A DNA stretch of 64,000 bases from Chloropicon primus (Eukaryota): assembly GCA_023205875.1 (NCBI GenBank), contig CP060754.1:124001-188000 (forward strand), in the 5' to 3' direction. The position numbers were made by a program, and so were the translations under genes. The notes under the pieces are model-generated. The model had not been told where the DNA came from. It did no database searches and saw nothing but the letters and a program-made list of their open reading frames with translations. Within the stretch, counting starts at the first letter, position 1. Each line of letters starts with the position of its first letter. This document shows, one piece after another, positions 51,495 through 62,958 of this stretch.

Positions 51495-54400
51495 TTAGTC
51501 AGCCGCAGCGTTGAAGAGAGAGCTCAGCCGCCTCACTTCATTGTTGCTCTTGCCCTCCTCTTGCCCCCCCTTTGCCGAATTCTCTCTCGGCAGGTTCTCC
51601 CCGTTCTCCATAGACGTTTTCGTCGACCCGAGATACTTCTTTTCCGAGTTGATCTGGACACTCCTTGCTGTGACCATGCCCTCCTCCTGCAGCACCTCTG
51701 CAGCGAGTGGGGTCTTGGAGCTCGTTCCAACAGGCAAAGGACTCCTGGAAGCGGTTGCAGGTGCAACAGGGGTGGAGAAAGTGTTGCCCTTCAGGATTGG
51801 AGACTCGAGGCCAGGCGTCTCTGGAGGACGAATCAGCGGCTGCCGAGACTTGTTCTCCTGCTGCATCTCGTACAAGACCTCCTTGGCGAAGGTGTTGTCA
51901 GCGACGAGGATCTCCTCCACCTCCTCCTTGTGCTCCTTGAGAACCGCGCACGCAAAATTCAAGAGGATTCCCAAAAGCGGCGATTTCCGGGCCTCAAGGA
52001 TTCCTTTCAACTCAATGATAAGGGGGACAATGGCACCAATAAGATGCTTCTTCATCATCGCCGAAATTAGTTTGCCTTTGACAGCCGCAAATGCTAACTT
52101 CCGATCCTCCTCCGCCTCGAAACTCTGAACCGCAATGTCAGCTTTGATCTCCTTTGACGAAAGAACGACAAGCGTGTCCCTGAGAACTTCGCTGTGGGTG
52201 TCAAAGTCCAGGGTGTTTTCAACGAAGTGCCCGATGCAATCTTCGCACAGTTTTGCTGCGATCTGAAATTTGTGCTCAGGGGCCATCCTCTTCAACAGGT
52301 GGTGGTAGATGACACACCTCTTCTGCCTGCTGGCCTCGTCAGACCCAGCCAGGTCCCTGATGTTTGTGGTGACGAGGGTCTGAGACTCCACTCCCATAGC
52401 CAAATTCGTGTGGCTGCTGTGTCCATTCAGGGCAAAGAGAGTCTGGACGAAGAAATTGTATGCCAGCAGAGACGCCTTGTGAGACAACGAGGTAGACAGC
52501 AAGAAGTTGCCAAGGGACTGGACAGCTTTGCTGTCATCTACCAACGAGAGCAAGAAACAGTGAAAGATCGGCCCGCGCCACTTGAGAAAGTCCTGCTGCA
52601 AGAGCGAGGCAAGCGCTATCAATGTTTGCCGTCGGACCATCTCCGAAGGATCATGGAAGCACTGCGCTATTTCCCCGATGTGGACATCCACCAAAGACGT
52701 GTACTTGGTGCAAAGGTCCGCCAAGATAAGCATGATGTTGTTCCTCACTGCTGAGATGTTCGTGTTCTTTATCTCATGGAAGAAGAGTGGAATGAATCTC
52801 TTCGCCAGCTCTTCGTCCCCATGGCAAAATTTGCCCAAACATGCCCAGGAGTGCGCCAAGATGGCGTGTGGAATGCAGACGCCTGAACCGAGAAGACGAT
52901 CTGATGTCATGCCCTGCACAAGCGTCACCACCCCAGCAGAAACATGAAAGGACTTGAGAAGTGAGAGCTCCCCCATGGTGTATATCGCACTGGCGAGCTC
53001 CTTCTGCAGTGCCACCAGGTTCTTCTCTTCCATGCTCTCCTTGAAAAATTGCTCCGCGCCTTGCGCAACACTGGAGACGAAGTTCGCGCACGTTCCATCC
53101 CCGCTAGAACTGAGAGTCTGCGACAGTTGGTGAAGAGTTGCAAGGCAGTAGGAGATAGCATCGATGGGCACGGAGAATGTTCTCAACCTCTGGGTGACCA
53201 CCTTGCACATTTCAAGGGAAAAGTCTCGATCCAAACTCTTGGCACAGTTCGCAGTTGTCTGCATCACTCTTGCCAGAGTTTTGGGTTCCCCGATGTAAGC
53301 GTCCAATTTCTTCAACGTGCCCTGAATAAAGTCACCCTTCAGCAAGGAAGGGTACTTTGCCACGACTTCTGACAGAACTATCCAGTGGCCTGCCTCGGTG
53401 CTGGCGTCGTCCATCTTCTGTATGCTCTCCTGCAGAACCCTGGCAACTTTGGAGAGCTGAGAGTGGGTAAACTTGGTTTCGTTCATCACCTTTCTGAACA
53501 AAAGCGCAAAGTTGTTCTCCAATTCGAGCAATCTGAGGAAGATGCCCCCGCTTCCACACGAAATGCTGTTCAAGAACTCCTTCTGGAAGCTCTCCTTGCA
53601 CTTATTTTGAATTGTAGGCTCTGCGTCAAGCGACAAGGGAAGAACGACCTGAAGCCACATTCTACAGGAGAACTCTTTGTCGCGGAACGAATTGTACAAG
53701 GAGCTCGCAGCGACGGCTGCCTGCTTGCGCACGCTCACATAAGCGTCATGGGAAGCGCTCGTGATTGCCTGAACAGATTTGGAGTCGATACCCTCGCACA
53801 GTGGAAGGACATTCTCCAACAGGCTCAGTGCAGCCTTCCTAACAGCAGGCTTGCTGTCTTTGGAGCGACCGATGGCAAGAGCTATCACCTTTCTCTTCAT
53901 GGATTCGCCCACAATTGCGTCAAGGTCCTTCACCTTGGTTGCGAGATTCGCCTGGTCCTCGTTGTATCGTTTGCATACCCCGCAAACAATGGAAGAGACA
54001 CAAGTGATTGCTTTGACGCGAATGAAGCCCGCCTTGTCAAGAGCTCTGTCCAGTATGCCCTGGACAAGGGTGGTCAAATCCAGATGAAACCCTTGGGGAA
54101 CGCTGTCGCCGGGCTGGAAACAAATTTCAGCCAAACGCTGAGCGACCTCGAGAGCGAACACGCGCTGGTTCGTCTGAGGGTGTCTGAACATTTTGGTGAG
54201 GAACAGGACGAACTCCGCTGCCTGTTCTGAGGGGAGGAAGGACGCAAGACTCGCCACAGAGGAAGAGCCGTGCTCCCTTGCTTCGGCATTTTCGGGGGCT
54301 TTGATGCAGCAGTGGCGAGCCAAGGCCCCGACGGCCTTGCTGGCCGTGCTTCTGCCGTCCCCCTGGAACTCTCCCGAGAACCCCCTAAGGAACCCGAGAG

Positions 54401-55160
54401 TCCCTTGCCTCAGCCACTGCTTCACCTTGGTCGGGGCTTTCCTGTTACTCACCTCGAGGGCGAGGACCGGCTGCAGCGAGCGCATCAGGACCACGGCGCT
54501 GGAGCTCCTGATCCCCTCGCCGGATTTTACCACCGCGACCAGGAAGCGGAACAGAGCCAGCAGGGACTTCTCCCAGAGGCCCGTGATCTCCACCTCGATG
54601 CTGCCGTCCTCCGACACGCTCTTCGCGTGCACTTCCCTCGAGAGCGGAGCGAGGGCCTCTATCGTCGTCGTGATGGTGCTCTCGAACGCGTTCAGGTTCA
54701 AGCGCTCGGAAATGGCTTTGGTGAGATTCTCCAGGACCTCGACGCTGCCGCCCTCCGCGGCGAAGTGCGTCCTCACGCTCGCGATAGCGCAGGACCAAGC
54801 GATTTCCTCGAAGAGCCCCTGGGCCGGGGAGCCGTCCAGTGCCAGGAGAGCGGCGTAGAACCTCGAGAGCTCTAGCCTCGCCCTCCCTCCCGGGCCGCTC
54901 GACAGGGCGCTCGAAAACCCCCGCGCGATACTCGCGGGTTTGACCCCCTCCGCGGCGAGCACGCCCCACAGGCCCACCTCCCCTCCCGCCCTGGCGACGA
55001 GCCTGCCCGCGGACTCCGCCCCCTCGAAGGCTTCCCTCTCCGTGAACCACCCGCTCTTCTCCGCGGCGTTGGTTGGGCCCTCCCCACCCCCCGCGACCTT
55101 CCGGATCAATTCCATCACCCTCCCCTCCTCCTCCCTCGTCCTTCCGCTCTCTGCAACCAT
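51495..55160 (-). CDS. NCAPD3: Condensin II complex subunit D3
   Basis: HEAT repeats; Cnd1 domain LGKFC...VRNNIM..LADLCTKYTSLVD, VRRQT, QDFLKWRG. Confidence 0.88.
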   Translation of the reverse strand: MVAESGRTREEEGRVMELIRKVAGGGEGPTNAAEKSGWFTEREAFEGAESAGRLVARAGGEVGLWGVLAAEGVKPASIARGFSSALSSGPGGRARLELSRFYAALLALDGSPAQGLFEEIAWSCAIASVRTHFAAEGGSVEVLENLTKAISERLNLNAFESTITTTIEALAPLSREVHAKSVSEDGSIEVEITGLWEKSLLALFRFLVAVVKSGEGIRSSSAVVLMRSLQPVLALEVSNRKAPTKVKQWLRQGTLGFLRGFSGEFQGDGRSTASKAVGALARHCCIKAPENAEAREHGSSSVASLASFLPSEQAAEFVLFLTKMFRHPQTNQRVFALEVAQRLAEICFQPGDSVPQGFHLDLTTLVQGILDRALDKAGFIRVKAITCVSSIVCGVCKRYNEDQANLATKVKDLDAIVGESMKRKVIALAIGRSKDSKPAVRKAALSLLENVLPLCEGIDSKSVQAITSASHDAYVSVRKQAAVAASSLYNSFRDKEFSCRMWLQVVLPLSLDAEPTIQNKCKESFQKEFLNSISCGSGGIFLRLLELENNFALLFRKVMNETKFTHSQLSKVARVLQESIQKMDDASTEAGHWIVLSEVVAKYPSLLKGDFIQGTLKKLDAYIGEPKTLARVMQTTANCAKSLDRDFSLEMCKVVTQRLRTFSVPIDAISYCLATLHQLSQTLSSSGDGTCANFVSSVAQGAEQFFKESMEEKNLVALQKELASAIYTMGELSLLKSFHVSAGVVTLVQGMTSDRLLGSGVCIPHAILAHSWACLGKFCHGDEELAKRFIPLFFHEIKNTNISAVRNNIMLILADLCTKYTSLVDVHIGEIAQCFHDPSEMVRRQTLIALASLLQQDFLKWRGPIFHCFLLSLVDDSKAVQSLGNFLLSTSLSHKASLLAYNFFVQTLFALNGHSSHTNLAMGVESQTLVTTNIRDLAGSDEASRQKRCVIYHHLLKRMAPEHKFQIAAKLCEDCIGHFVENTLDFDTHSEVLRDTLVVLSSKEIKADIAVQSFEAEEDRKLAFAAVKGKLISAMMKKHLIGAIVPLIIELKGILEARKSPLLGILLNFACAVLKEHKEEVEEILVADNTFAKEVLYEMQQENKSRQPLIRPPETPGLESPILKGNTFSTPVAPATASRSPLPVGTSSKTPLAAEVLQEEGMVTARSVQINSEKKYLGSTKTSMENGENLPRENSAKGGQEEGKSNNEVRRLSSLFNAAAD

Positions 55161-55620
55161 CTTACCCCTCCACGCCTCAATGCCTTGTCCCCGGGGTCAA
55201 TCGTAGTATCCCTCGAGATCCCAAGCAAACTTTTCGATCGGTCAATCCCACGAGGTCTCCCAACCCCAAGTAGAGCCTCTCCTCTCCCCCCGTCTCTCTC
55301 CCCGTCGTCCCTCTCTCCCTCTCTCTCCGTCCCCTCTCTCGTCCTCGTCCTCGTCCTCGTCTGTCTTCGAGTTTGAATTTCCCTCCTTGAAAGGAAGTTT
55401 CCATATGGAAATAGGGGTCGCGAAACGGGTGTATGATTGGCACCTGTTTCAGGCGGCGGCGGCTGGGGGGGTTGCGGGGGAGGGCTTCTCTTTCTCTTCT
55501 TAGAGGGGGTGTGGTGAGCGAGCGAGCGGGGAAGGACGCCGTAGGCTTTTTGGTGTGTCGTGTCGTGTGAGCGCAGAGGGTAAAGGACAAGCGAGGCGAG
55601 GAGAGAAGAAAGGCGACAGG

Positions 55621-58368
55621 ATGAGCTCGAGGTTCTTCGCGCGCGGTAGCAGTAGCGAGGAGGATGAGACCGAGACGGAGTCGGAGGAGTACTCCACCAC
55701 GGAGGAGACCGAGTCCGAGTCCGAGACGGAGTCGTCGTCCGAGGAGGAGGAGGAGAAGTCCGGAGTCAACAGGTTCTTGGTGAGCGACTCCGATTCGGAC
55801 TCTGACTTGGAGGACGCCCGGCGCGTTGTGCGCAGCGCCAAGGACAAGAGGGTTGAGGAGCTGACCCACATCGTGGAGGAGATCAGGAACAAGATGAAGA
55901 TAAACGACTGGGTGGGCATCAGCAGCAACTTTGACAAGCTCAACAAGCAGCTCGACAAGATCAAGCGCTCGGGGGCCCTGACGAAGACGCCGAAGATCTA
56001 CGTCAAGGCTCTGATCGAGATGGAGGACTTCCTGACGGCCGCTTTGGGGAACAAGGAGGCGAGGAAGACTATGAGCAAGTCCAACGCGAAGGCTCTCAAC
56101 TCCATGAGGCAGAACTTGAAGAAGAACAACAAGGAGTACGAGGCCGAGATCAAGTCCAGGAGGGAGGCTCCGGAGGAGTCGGACTCTTACTCGGACGACT
56201 CGGAGTCGGACTCCGACTCTTACGAGTCGGGCTCCGAGGGAGAGGGAGAGGAAGAAGGTTTCGAGAAGGTGAAGACCAAGGGAGAGAAGAAGAAGGTTCC
56301 TTTCATCGAGATGGATCCAAAGGACATCTCCTACGGGATGATCATGAAGAAGTGCCAGGAGCTTATCATGGCGAGAGGAAGGAAGGGAACCGACAAGCAC
56401 GAGCAGGCGAAGACCATGGAGTTCATGGTGAGGGTGTCCAAGACGGAGTCCCAGAGGGCTCAGATGATGATGAACCTCGTCTCGGCCTACTTTGACATGA
56501 CGACTGGCCTTCACACCCACTTGCCGATCCCTATCTGGAACCGCTGCTGCATGATCATCCTGGACCTCCTGAACCAGTTGGAGAAGTACCCGTACATCAG
56601 CGTCGATGATGCGTACGAGCAGGACTACTCGGAGGAGCAGGAAGGACCAACGGAGGGAGACGCCGTCACCATCGCCGGCAACTTGCTCGGGTGCCTCGAG
56701 CGTCTTGATGACGAGTGGTTCAAGTCACTCCAGGTCATTGACCCTCACACCGAGGACTACATGAACAGGTTGAAGGACGAGCCAGTCATTCTCGCGGTGG
56801 CCCAGAAGGTTTCAAAGTATTTCGCGAAGGCAGGAGCTGAGCCTGTTGTGGCGAGAATCTCTCTCAGGCAGGTTGAGCACTTCTACTACAAGACCGAGGC
56901 GGTGTACAACGCCATGAAGGCTCTGGTGGAGATCAAGAAGAAGGAAGCTTCCGAGTCTGCCCCAGCGGAGGAGGAGGAGACCAACCCGGCTGCAGCGGCA
57001 GCGAAGGCAACCCCAGTTGGCGACGAGGAGGACGTTCCTCCAGTGGAGCTCCCATCGGACTTCACCATGGAGGAGGACGTCTTCAAGCTCATGAAGGATC
57101 TCGTCCACTACATTTACAAGAACGCCGACGAGAGGACAAAGGCCAGGGCGATGTTGTGCGATATTTACCACAAGTCGATCCACAACGACTTTTACACGGC
57201 CAGGGATTTGCTCTTGATGTCCCACCTGCAGGAGGCCGTCCACAACATGGATATTGCCACCCAGCTGCTGTTCAACAGGACCATGGCCCAGATCGGACTG
57301 TGCGCCTTCAGAAAGGGTTTGATCCAAGACGCGCACTACTGCCTGTCCGAGCTGTATGGCAGCGGCAGAATCAGAGAAATCCTGGCCCAGGGCGTGGCGT
57401 TGAGGTACCACGACCGTACTCCAGAGCAGGAGAAGCTCGAGAAGAGGAGGCAGATGCCTTTCCACATGCACATCAACTTGGAGCTCTTGGAGGCTGTGAA
57501 CTTGATCTGCGCGATGCTTTTGGAGACTATTTACTTGGTGAACATCAACCAGATGGAGACGAAGAGGCGGGTGTCCAAGTCTTTCTGGAGACTTGTGGAT
57601 CACTACGACAAGCTGACCTTCATGGGCCCTCCAGAGAACGTCAGGGACCACGTCATGACCGGAACCTACGCGCTCTCCCAGGGAGACTGGGCAAAGTGCT
57701 CGGAAGTGATCTCGGCCCTCACCGTGTGGAACTTGCTTCCCCAGAAGGTCGAGGTTCTCGAGATGCTCACAACGAAGGTCAAGGAACAGGCCTTGAAGAT
57801 CTACCTCACCATCTACGGCCCTCACTACTCTTCCATAGCGGTTGAGCAGCTGTGCAAGATGTTCGAAGTCGGGGAGAACACTGTCCAGTCTATTGTGTCC
57901 AGGCTGATCATATCCGAGGACATCCATGGCTCGTGGCACCAGCCGACCCAGACCATCGTGATGCGCAGCAGCAACAACAACACCACGAAGCTTCAGAAGC
58001 TTGCTCTGCGGTGTGTGTCCAGCGCACAGGTCTTGGTCGAGTCGAACGAAAAGGCCTTGGCGCTCAGGACAGGCTCCTTGAGGGAGAGAGAGGACGGCGG
58101 TGGCAAGGGCAAGAACAGAGGGGACTGGGAAGGAAAGGACGGAAGACAGGGTAGGGGAAGGAAATGGGCTCCACAAGGCGGTAAAGTTCTCGGCTACAGG
58201 GATAGGAAGGGAGGCAGAGGGGATAGGCAGGGAAAAGGAGGCAAGGGACACCACCAACACCACCACCGCAGTCACGGTCACCAAGACGTCGCCTACTCTA
58301 GCTTCCAGAGGAGAAAGGAAGCGCCACGAGAGATGGCAACGCTCTCGAAAAGGGGAGGAAGGAACTAA
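55621..58368 (+). CDS. EIF3C: Eukaryotic translation initiation factor 3 subunit C
   Basis: MSSRFFA, RVVRSAKDKR, ARDLLLMSHLQ, PFHMHINLELLE, GPPENVRDHV. Confidence 0.97.
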   Translation: MSSRFFARGSSSEEDETETESEEYSTTEETESESETESSSEEEEEKSGVNRFLVSDSDSDSDLEDARRVVRSAKDKRVEELTHIVEEIRNKMKINDWVGISSNFDKLNKQLDKIKRSGALTKTPKIYVKALIEMEDFLTAALGNKEARKTMSKSNAKALNSMRQNLKKNNKEYEAEIKSRREAPEESDSYSDDSESDSDSYESGSEGEGEEEGFEKVKTKGEKKKVPFIEMDPKDISYGMIMKKCQELIMARGRKGTDKHEQAKTMEFMVRVSKTESQRAQMMMNLVSAYFDMTTGLHTHLPIPIWNRCCMIILDLLNQLEKYPYISVDDAYEQDYSEEQEGPTEGDAVTIAGNLLGCLERLDDEWFKSLQVIDPHTEDYMNRLKDEPVILAVAQKVSKYFAKAGAEPVVARISLRQVEHFYYKTEAVYNAMKALVEIKKKEASESAPAEEEETNPAAAAAKATPVGDEEDVPPVELPSDFTMEEDVFKLMKDLVHYIYKNADERTKARAMLCDIYHKSIHNDFYTARDLLLMSHLQEAVHNMDIATQLLFNRTMAQIGLCAFRKGLIQDAHYCLSELYGSGRIREILAQGVALRYHDRTPEQEKLEKRRQMPFHMHINLELLEAVNLICAMLLETIYLVNINQMETKRRVSKSFWRLVDHYDKLTFMGPPENVRDHVMTGTYALSQGDWAKCSEVISALTVWNLLPQKVEVLEMLTTKVKEQALKIYLTIYGPHYSSIAVEQLCKMFEVGENTVQSIVSRLIISEDIHGSWHQPTQTIVMRSSNNNTTKLQKLALRCVSSAQVLVESNEKALALRTGSLREREDGGGKGKNRGDWEGKDGRQGRGRKWAPQGGKVLGYRDRKGGRGDRQGKGGKGHHQHHHRSHGHQDVAYSSFQRRKEAPREMATLSKRGGRN

Positions 58369-58603
58369 TCGAATTGTATTCATATTATTCTCTAGAAATA
58401 GACATCGTTTGAGTAGCCAGCACCTCGGCTACTGACTCTTCTTCCTCCCCCCATAGGCATAGGTTTTCTCCCCGAGTCCAACCAGGGTTTAATCCTTTCA
58501 TTCCACTCCTTAAACAATTGAACAAAGCAGAGGATGTGATTTCCATAGGAAGACTTGGAGGGAACACCGAAGAGCGAGAGAGGAGGGGGGACCCACACCC
58601 AAG

Positions 58604-59332
58604 ATGGCGTTCTTGCCGGACGAGCGGAGCGTGACGGGGCGGATTGAAATCACAAGGCACCTTAAGAACATGAGGGAAAAGATCATGAGCGCGAAGCCGA
58701 CGCTTCGAACGCTGCCGGAGAAGCCAAAGAGCTCCAGGCGTCCTAGGAGTGCGGGAGGGAACACGACGCGGACCCCCACAAGGTCCAGGCCCCAGAGCGC
58801 CAAGTCTAGTTCCCCTCGAACGACGTTCAGCTCGCCCCCACACACTTTTGAGCTGGCGGAGCGCTTGAGCGCTAATCGGAAGAAGGCCCGCGCCGTGGAC
58901 TACGCCCAGATAACGCACCACAAGACTTTGCGAAAGATGTACACAAAAATACAAAACATGAGAAGCGACCTTAGCGATCTGGATTCTGGAAGCAGTACCC
59001 CTCGCAAGAAGAAGACGAAGACCAATAGGATTTCCATAGACTGGGAGAGCGGCCACGTGTATTCCGCCCCAGCGAGCCCTTTCAGCACGAAGAAGAAGCC
59101 AAAGAGACCCCAGTCGGCACCTCCGAGGCAGAGGATCAAAGCAACAACATCAAAACCCGAGTGCAGGGCCTACAAGGAAGCCATCAAGGATTACATCTGT
59201 GAGAACTCGATCTACGAGGAGGAAAGGCTGCACGAGCTCTTTGAGAGCTACAAAAGGGAGAAGCAGAAGGAGAACGAGGACGTCGTGATCAGAGCTATCG
59301 AGGAGCTCAAGATAGAGCTGAACGTCGTTTGA
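58604..59332 (+). CDS. Hypothetical basic protein, weakly SPATA7-like termini
   Basis: RPQSA repeats (seen in ciliary/basal-body proteins); N-terminal KIMSAKP; C-terminal helical IYEEERLHELFE. Confidence 0.5.
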   Translation: MAFLPDERSVTGRIEITRHLKNMREKIMSAKPTLRTLPEKPKSSRRPRSAGGNTTRTPTRSRPQSAKSSSPRTTFSSPPHTFELAERLSANRKKARAVDYAQITHHKTLRKMYTKIQNMRSDLSDLDSGSSTPRKKKTKTNRISIDWESGHVYSAPASPFSTKKKPKRPQSAPPRQRIKATTSKPECRAYKEAIKDYICENSIYEEERLHELFESYKREKQKENEDVVIRAIEELKIELNVV

Positions 59333-59563
59333 GACCCTCCGGGAGGGGACAAATCGCCGTTAGTGGGCTTTCTGGCAGGTTGGTCAAAAGTGGAGCAATC
59401 CCTTCTGTAAAAAAAATAACAATTTCGATATATATATATATACATAAGTACAAACTCAGACGTGGACTTGTTCGCTTTTGCTTGGTTTTTGTCTGGCTCC
59501 CCGAACACAAAAAGATTACGCGGGACGTCACGCTTGTCGTATCGAAAGACGACAAGTCTCTCG

Positions 59564-59923
59564 TCACTTCCAAGGTCTCTTGTCTGAAACAGCCGCGATG
59601 ATTCCTTTTATGGCATCCGGGTTGCTGGGGTCTTTCAGTCCCAACCAAATAGTGAGGTTCTTGGGACACCGTGCCATGGCCAACTTTTCTATGAGCTGCC
59701 TGGCCAAGACTTCCAGGAGAGGATCGTTCCGTCTCCCTAGCAATACCTCGACGGAATAAGTCTGCGTGAGGCTGTCTTGCCTTGCCTGAAGCAGCGTGCC
59801 TAGCTTTCCCATTTGGGTGGCAACTACCATGATCTGATCAAACTCCATGATCGCAAAGTCAGTGGGCACTCCCAGTATGTCTGCCGAGAAGCACTGCTTG
59901 GGAACAATGCTTCCGGCTTCCAT
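59564..59923 (-). CDS. PSMG3: Proteasome assembly chaperone 3
   Basis: IMVVATQMGKLGTL, VEVLLGRR, LARQL. Confidence 0.8.
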   Translation of the reverse strand: MEAGSIVPKQCFSADILGVPTDFAIMEFDQIMVVATQMGKLGTLLQARQDSLTQTYSVEVLLGRRNDPLLEVLARQLIEKLAMARCPKNLTIWLGLKDPSNPDAIKGIIAAVSDKRPWK

Positions 59924-60461
59924 GGTTTCAAGACTCAGCGCGACGGCAGGGTGCGAAAGGCAGACGAGAGCGCTCGGACGCAACAGCAGCAGCGAGTGTT
60001 ATGCCGCCGCCCTCAAATACCGAAACAGGGTCGCAACCACCAGAAACAACAGCAGCACCAAAGCCACCTTTTGTCGCAACTGCAGGGCGTTGTGGCGATA
60101 GAGAAACCGTCAGCGCTCCGTGAAGGAATGGAAGCTTCGCTCGTGAGACCGCGACGAGCGGAAGAGAAGACCGCGCGGAAGCGTACCTTTTGCGAGTACT
60201 TGTTCTTGAGCTGCTTCACTGCAGACTGGAAGACAGAAGCCCTGTTCGTTCGGTAGAGGGGCAAGCCGCCACCACTGGGCGTGAAGGGAAAAGTTTTTTG
60301 TCCTAGGTTCAAGTAGTTCGTGGGCGTCGTCCCGCGACTATGCATCACTCTCGCTCGCTCCTCTCTCTCCGCGACTTCTCCTTGCCTTCATCTGCCGCCC
60401 TTCCCTTCTCTCTCCTCTCCTCTCCGTGATTGATTTGATGGCGACGGAAGCGTTTCATAGA

Positions 60462-61919
60462 TTAGATTTTAGTGTTGATGTGCGGTGTGAAGGGACTTGG
60501 AGGTGGCCTAACGATTCCACCGAGCTTGAAAACTGTCTTCTTCTGGCTTGGCGTGGATGGAGCAACCCTCTTGAGAAGCGTTGTGCCTGGCCACCAAGGC
60601 ATTTGGGGCTCTGTCTTGAGCAGCATGCCAGGAGCCGGGTTTCCTGCCTTCTCCTTGGCTGCAACCTTGGTGACCTTCGTTTCCTTGGCCTTGGCCTTTC
60701 CCGATCCGCCCCCGCTGCCACCGTTGGTGCCCTTGTTGTGGCACTCCTCGCACCTGCACAGCTCGCTGCACTTGATTCCCGCCTGGAAGCACTCGCAGTA
60801 CTTTTTCAGGCAGTGACTCCTCTTGCAGTGGCAGCCCTTCTTGTGCCTCTGACCGCTCAAGATGGTTGGCTGGAAGGCCAGCGGATCCCTGCTCTGTATG
60901 CTCCTCCTGGTCTCGTCGACCACCTTCTTGTTGCTCGGGGTGTTGCCGCAGTCTTTGCACAGGCATTCTCCGCTGCAGAAGCGTCCACCCGCGAAGCACT
61001 CGCAGTAGAGCTTGAGGCACTTGCTCTTCTTGCAGTTGCATCGCTCGCCGGCGCAGGAGCTCCTCCTGCGCTTGCTGTTGGAGGACTTGCTGGCGGCTCC
61101 CTGAGTTCCACTGGCAGTGGTTCCCGGCGTCACCGGCGACACCACCTTGGTTGGTGGCGACTCTCCTTCCAGGAGGGCCTCGCCTCCAAAGTCCAGCATT
61201 CTCGAGGGGTTCTTCTGTTTTGGTGTAGTCGTGGAGGGTGATAACTTAGTGATTGTGGTGGTCGAGGTCTGGCTGCCCAAAGCATTCCTTCCGGCTGCGG
61301 AAGCCTTTGAATCCTTCGCGCCCTTGGCGGACCTCTTCTTCTTCTTCGCCGCGGCGCCCTTCTTCTCCCCGGTCTCCACCAGGTTGTCGTGGCCGCCCGC
61401 GTTGTTGTTCATCTCCGCGGGAACGGGGGGCACTGGCGGCATAATCACGGCGCAGTTGGGGTCTTGCAGGAAAGCCCCGTCCAAACCCAAGAAGTCACCT
61501 CCCGCCCCTCCTTTCCCGTTGTTAAACAGAGCCATCAGGTCCGGCGTCCAGTTCCCCGGCATCCCCGGGGAGCGAGCGCCCACCATCCCGCTCAAATTGC
61601 CGAAGGCTTTGCCCTTGGCGGAGGACGGCGTTATCGGAGAGAGCATCCCGTTGCAAAAATCAACGAAGGGCGAGTCCATGAACCGGACTCCGCCCAGGGC
61701 GGGATCAAAGGTCTCGTCCAACTTCACCTGCTCCTCCACTCGCTTCGGGGTGGCGAGGATGGCCCCGGCGTTTCCACCGGCACCGGGAGTCTCCGGATTA
61801 CCGGCAGCCGCGGCCTTGGCCTTCCTCTCCGCCGCGGCCGTCTTCGGCTTCCCCTTCTTCTTCTGCGACGACGACGAGGCCGCCGTCGCGCCCTTCTTCT
61901 TTCTGGTGTCCCTCGCCAT
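60462..61919 (-). CDS. Tesmin/TSO1-like CXC-hinge-CXC protein (LIN54-like)
   Basis: [25 protein letters not shown] hinge, [18 protein letters not shown]. Confidence 0.92.
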   Translation of the reverse strand: MARDTRKKKGATAASSSSQKKKGKPKTAAAERKAKAAAAGNPETPGAGGNAGAILATPKRVEEQVKLDETFDPALGGVRFMDSPFVDFCNGMLSPITPSSAKGKAFGNLSGMVGARSPGMPGNWTPDLMALFNNGKGGAGGDFLGLDGAFLQDPNCAVIMPPVPPVPAEMNNNAGGHDNLVETGEKKGAAAKKKKRSAKGAKDSKASAAGRNALGSQTSTTTITKLSPSTTTPKQKNPSRMLDFGGEALLEGESPPTKVVSPVTPGTTASGTQGAASKSSNSKRRRSSCAGERCNCKKSKCLKLYCECFAGGRFCSGECLCKDCGNTPSNKKVVDETRRSIQSRDPLAFQPTILSGQRHKKGCHCKRSHCLKKYCECFQAGIKCSELCRCEECHNKGTNGGSGGGSGKAKAKETKVTKVAAKEKAGNPAPGMLLKTEPQMPWWPGTTLLKRVAPSTPSQKKTVFKLGGIVRPPPSPFTPHINTKI

Positions 61920-62958
61920 GGCACACCTCAATGGTCCCTACCGGTTCAACAGTGGCGCGTGTCAGCCCCTCGGTTCTCCCGCCCGCTGGCTCGGGGCCTG
62001 GCCTGGCGGTCGCGCCCCGAAAACGCCCCTTGGCTCTGCCGGTGCCGAACCGCGAAGGCCTCCCGACCTCACGACTTTGCGTGTTTTCTTTCCTTCGCGG
62101 GAAACCGATGCGGACCACCACTTCCCTGTCTCGGGCCGCGATCCCTGGTCCCTGCCGATCCACCCGCGGCGTGAACAAACCTCCGCCGTGCCCAAGACGA
62201 CGACGATCGAACGCGCTCGCCCTTTTCTCTCTCCCTTCGACTGCAGTCGTTTTGCGGTGAGGTCACGAGCTGTCTCCCCCGGCGCGGGAACTGAGGTTTG
62301 GCGCCAACAACCTTTTTACGGGGGAAATGCGATTTCTACAGCCGGGGGTTGTTTTGGGGGCCGTTTTTGAAAAAAAAATTTGGAGGCCGGAAAAGAGGAG
62401 AGGTTGGAAAAGTTGTTGAAAATGGAAAACGAGCTTCAGGAAACCCAAGGGAAGGAGAGGGGAGGGGGATCCTCCTCATTCCTTTGGTCCGGCCAGGAGA
62501 GGCAAGATCGCTCTTGCCAATCCAAGGGGCAAGTGGACAGAGCGTGGACCCGACCCGACCTTGGCTTGGCTTGATGGTGATGATGATGATGGGTTGTTGT
62601 TTGTTACTGTATATATTTTCTGTATTCCTTTTATCAATATACAACAATAGGATCGACTCCCTCGTCGTCACGAAACGCATTGTAAGCCTGATGATGGTGT
62701 TGCAAATGATCTGGGAGAGCAAGAATCCCCTGATGTATGGCTGCCACGACCGGTCGATCATGCTGCAGTATTTCTCCCCTCGACCTCCCCACTCCCTCCC
62801 CACTCCGTTCTCTTCGGGCAATGGTCCTCTGAATCCTATGGAATCTTATGATATGTGTGTGTGTGTGTGTGTGTGTGTTGTGGTGAATCCTTCCCATGAA
62901 CAATAACCTTTCTCGTGTGCTCCGGGCGGCTTGGCTGGGACTTGTTTGCCCCCTTGTG

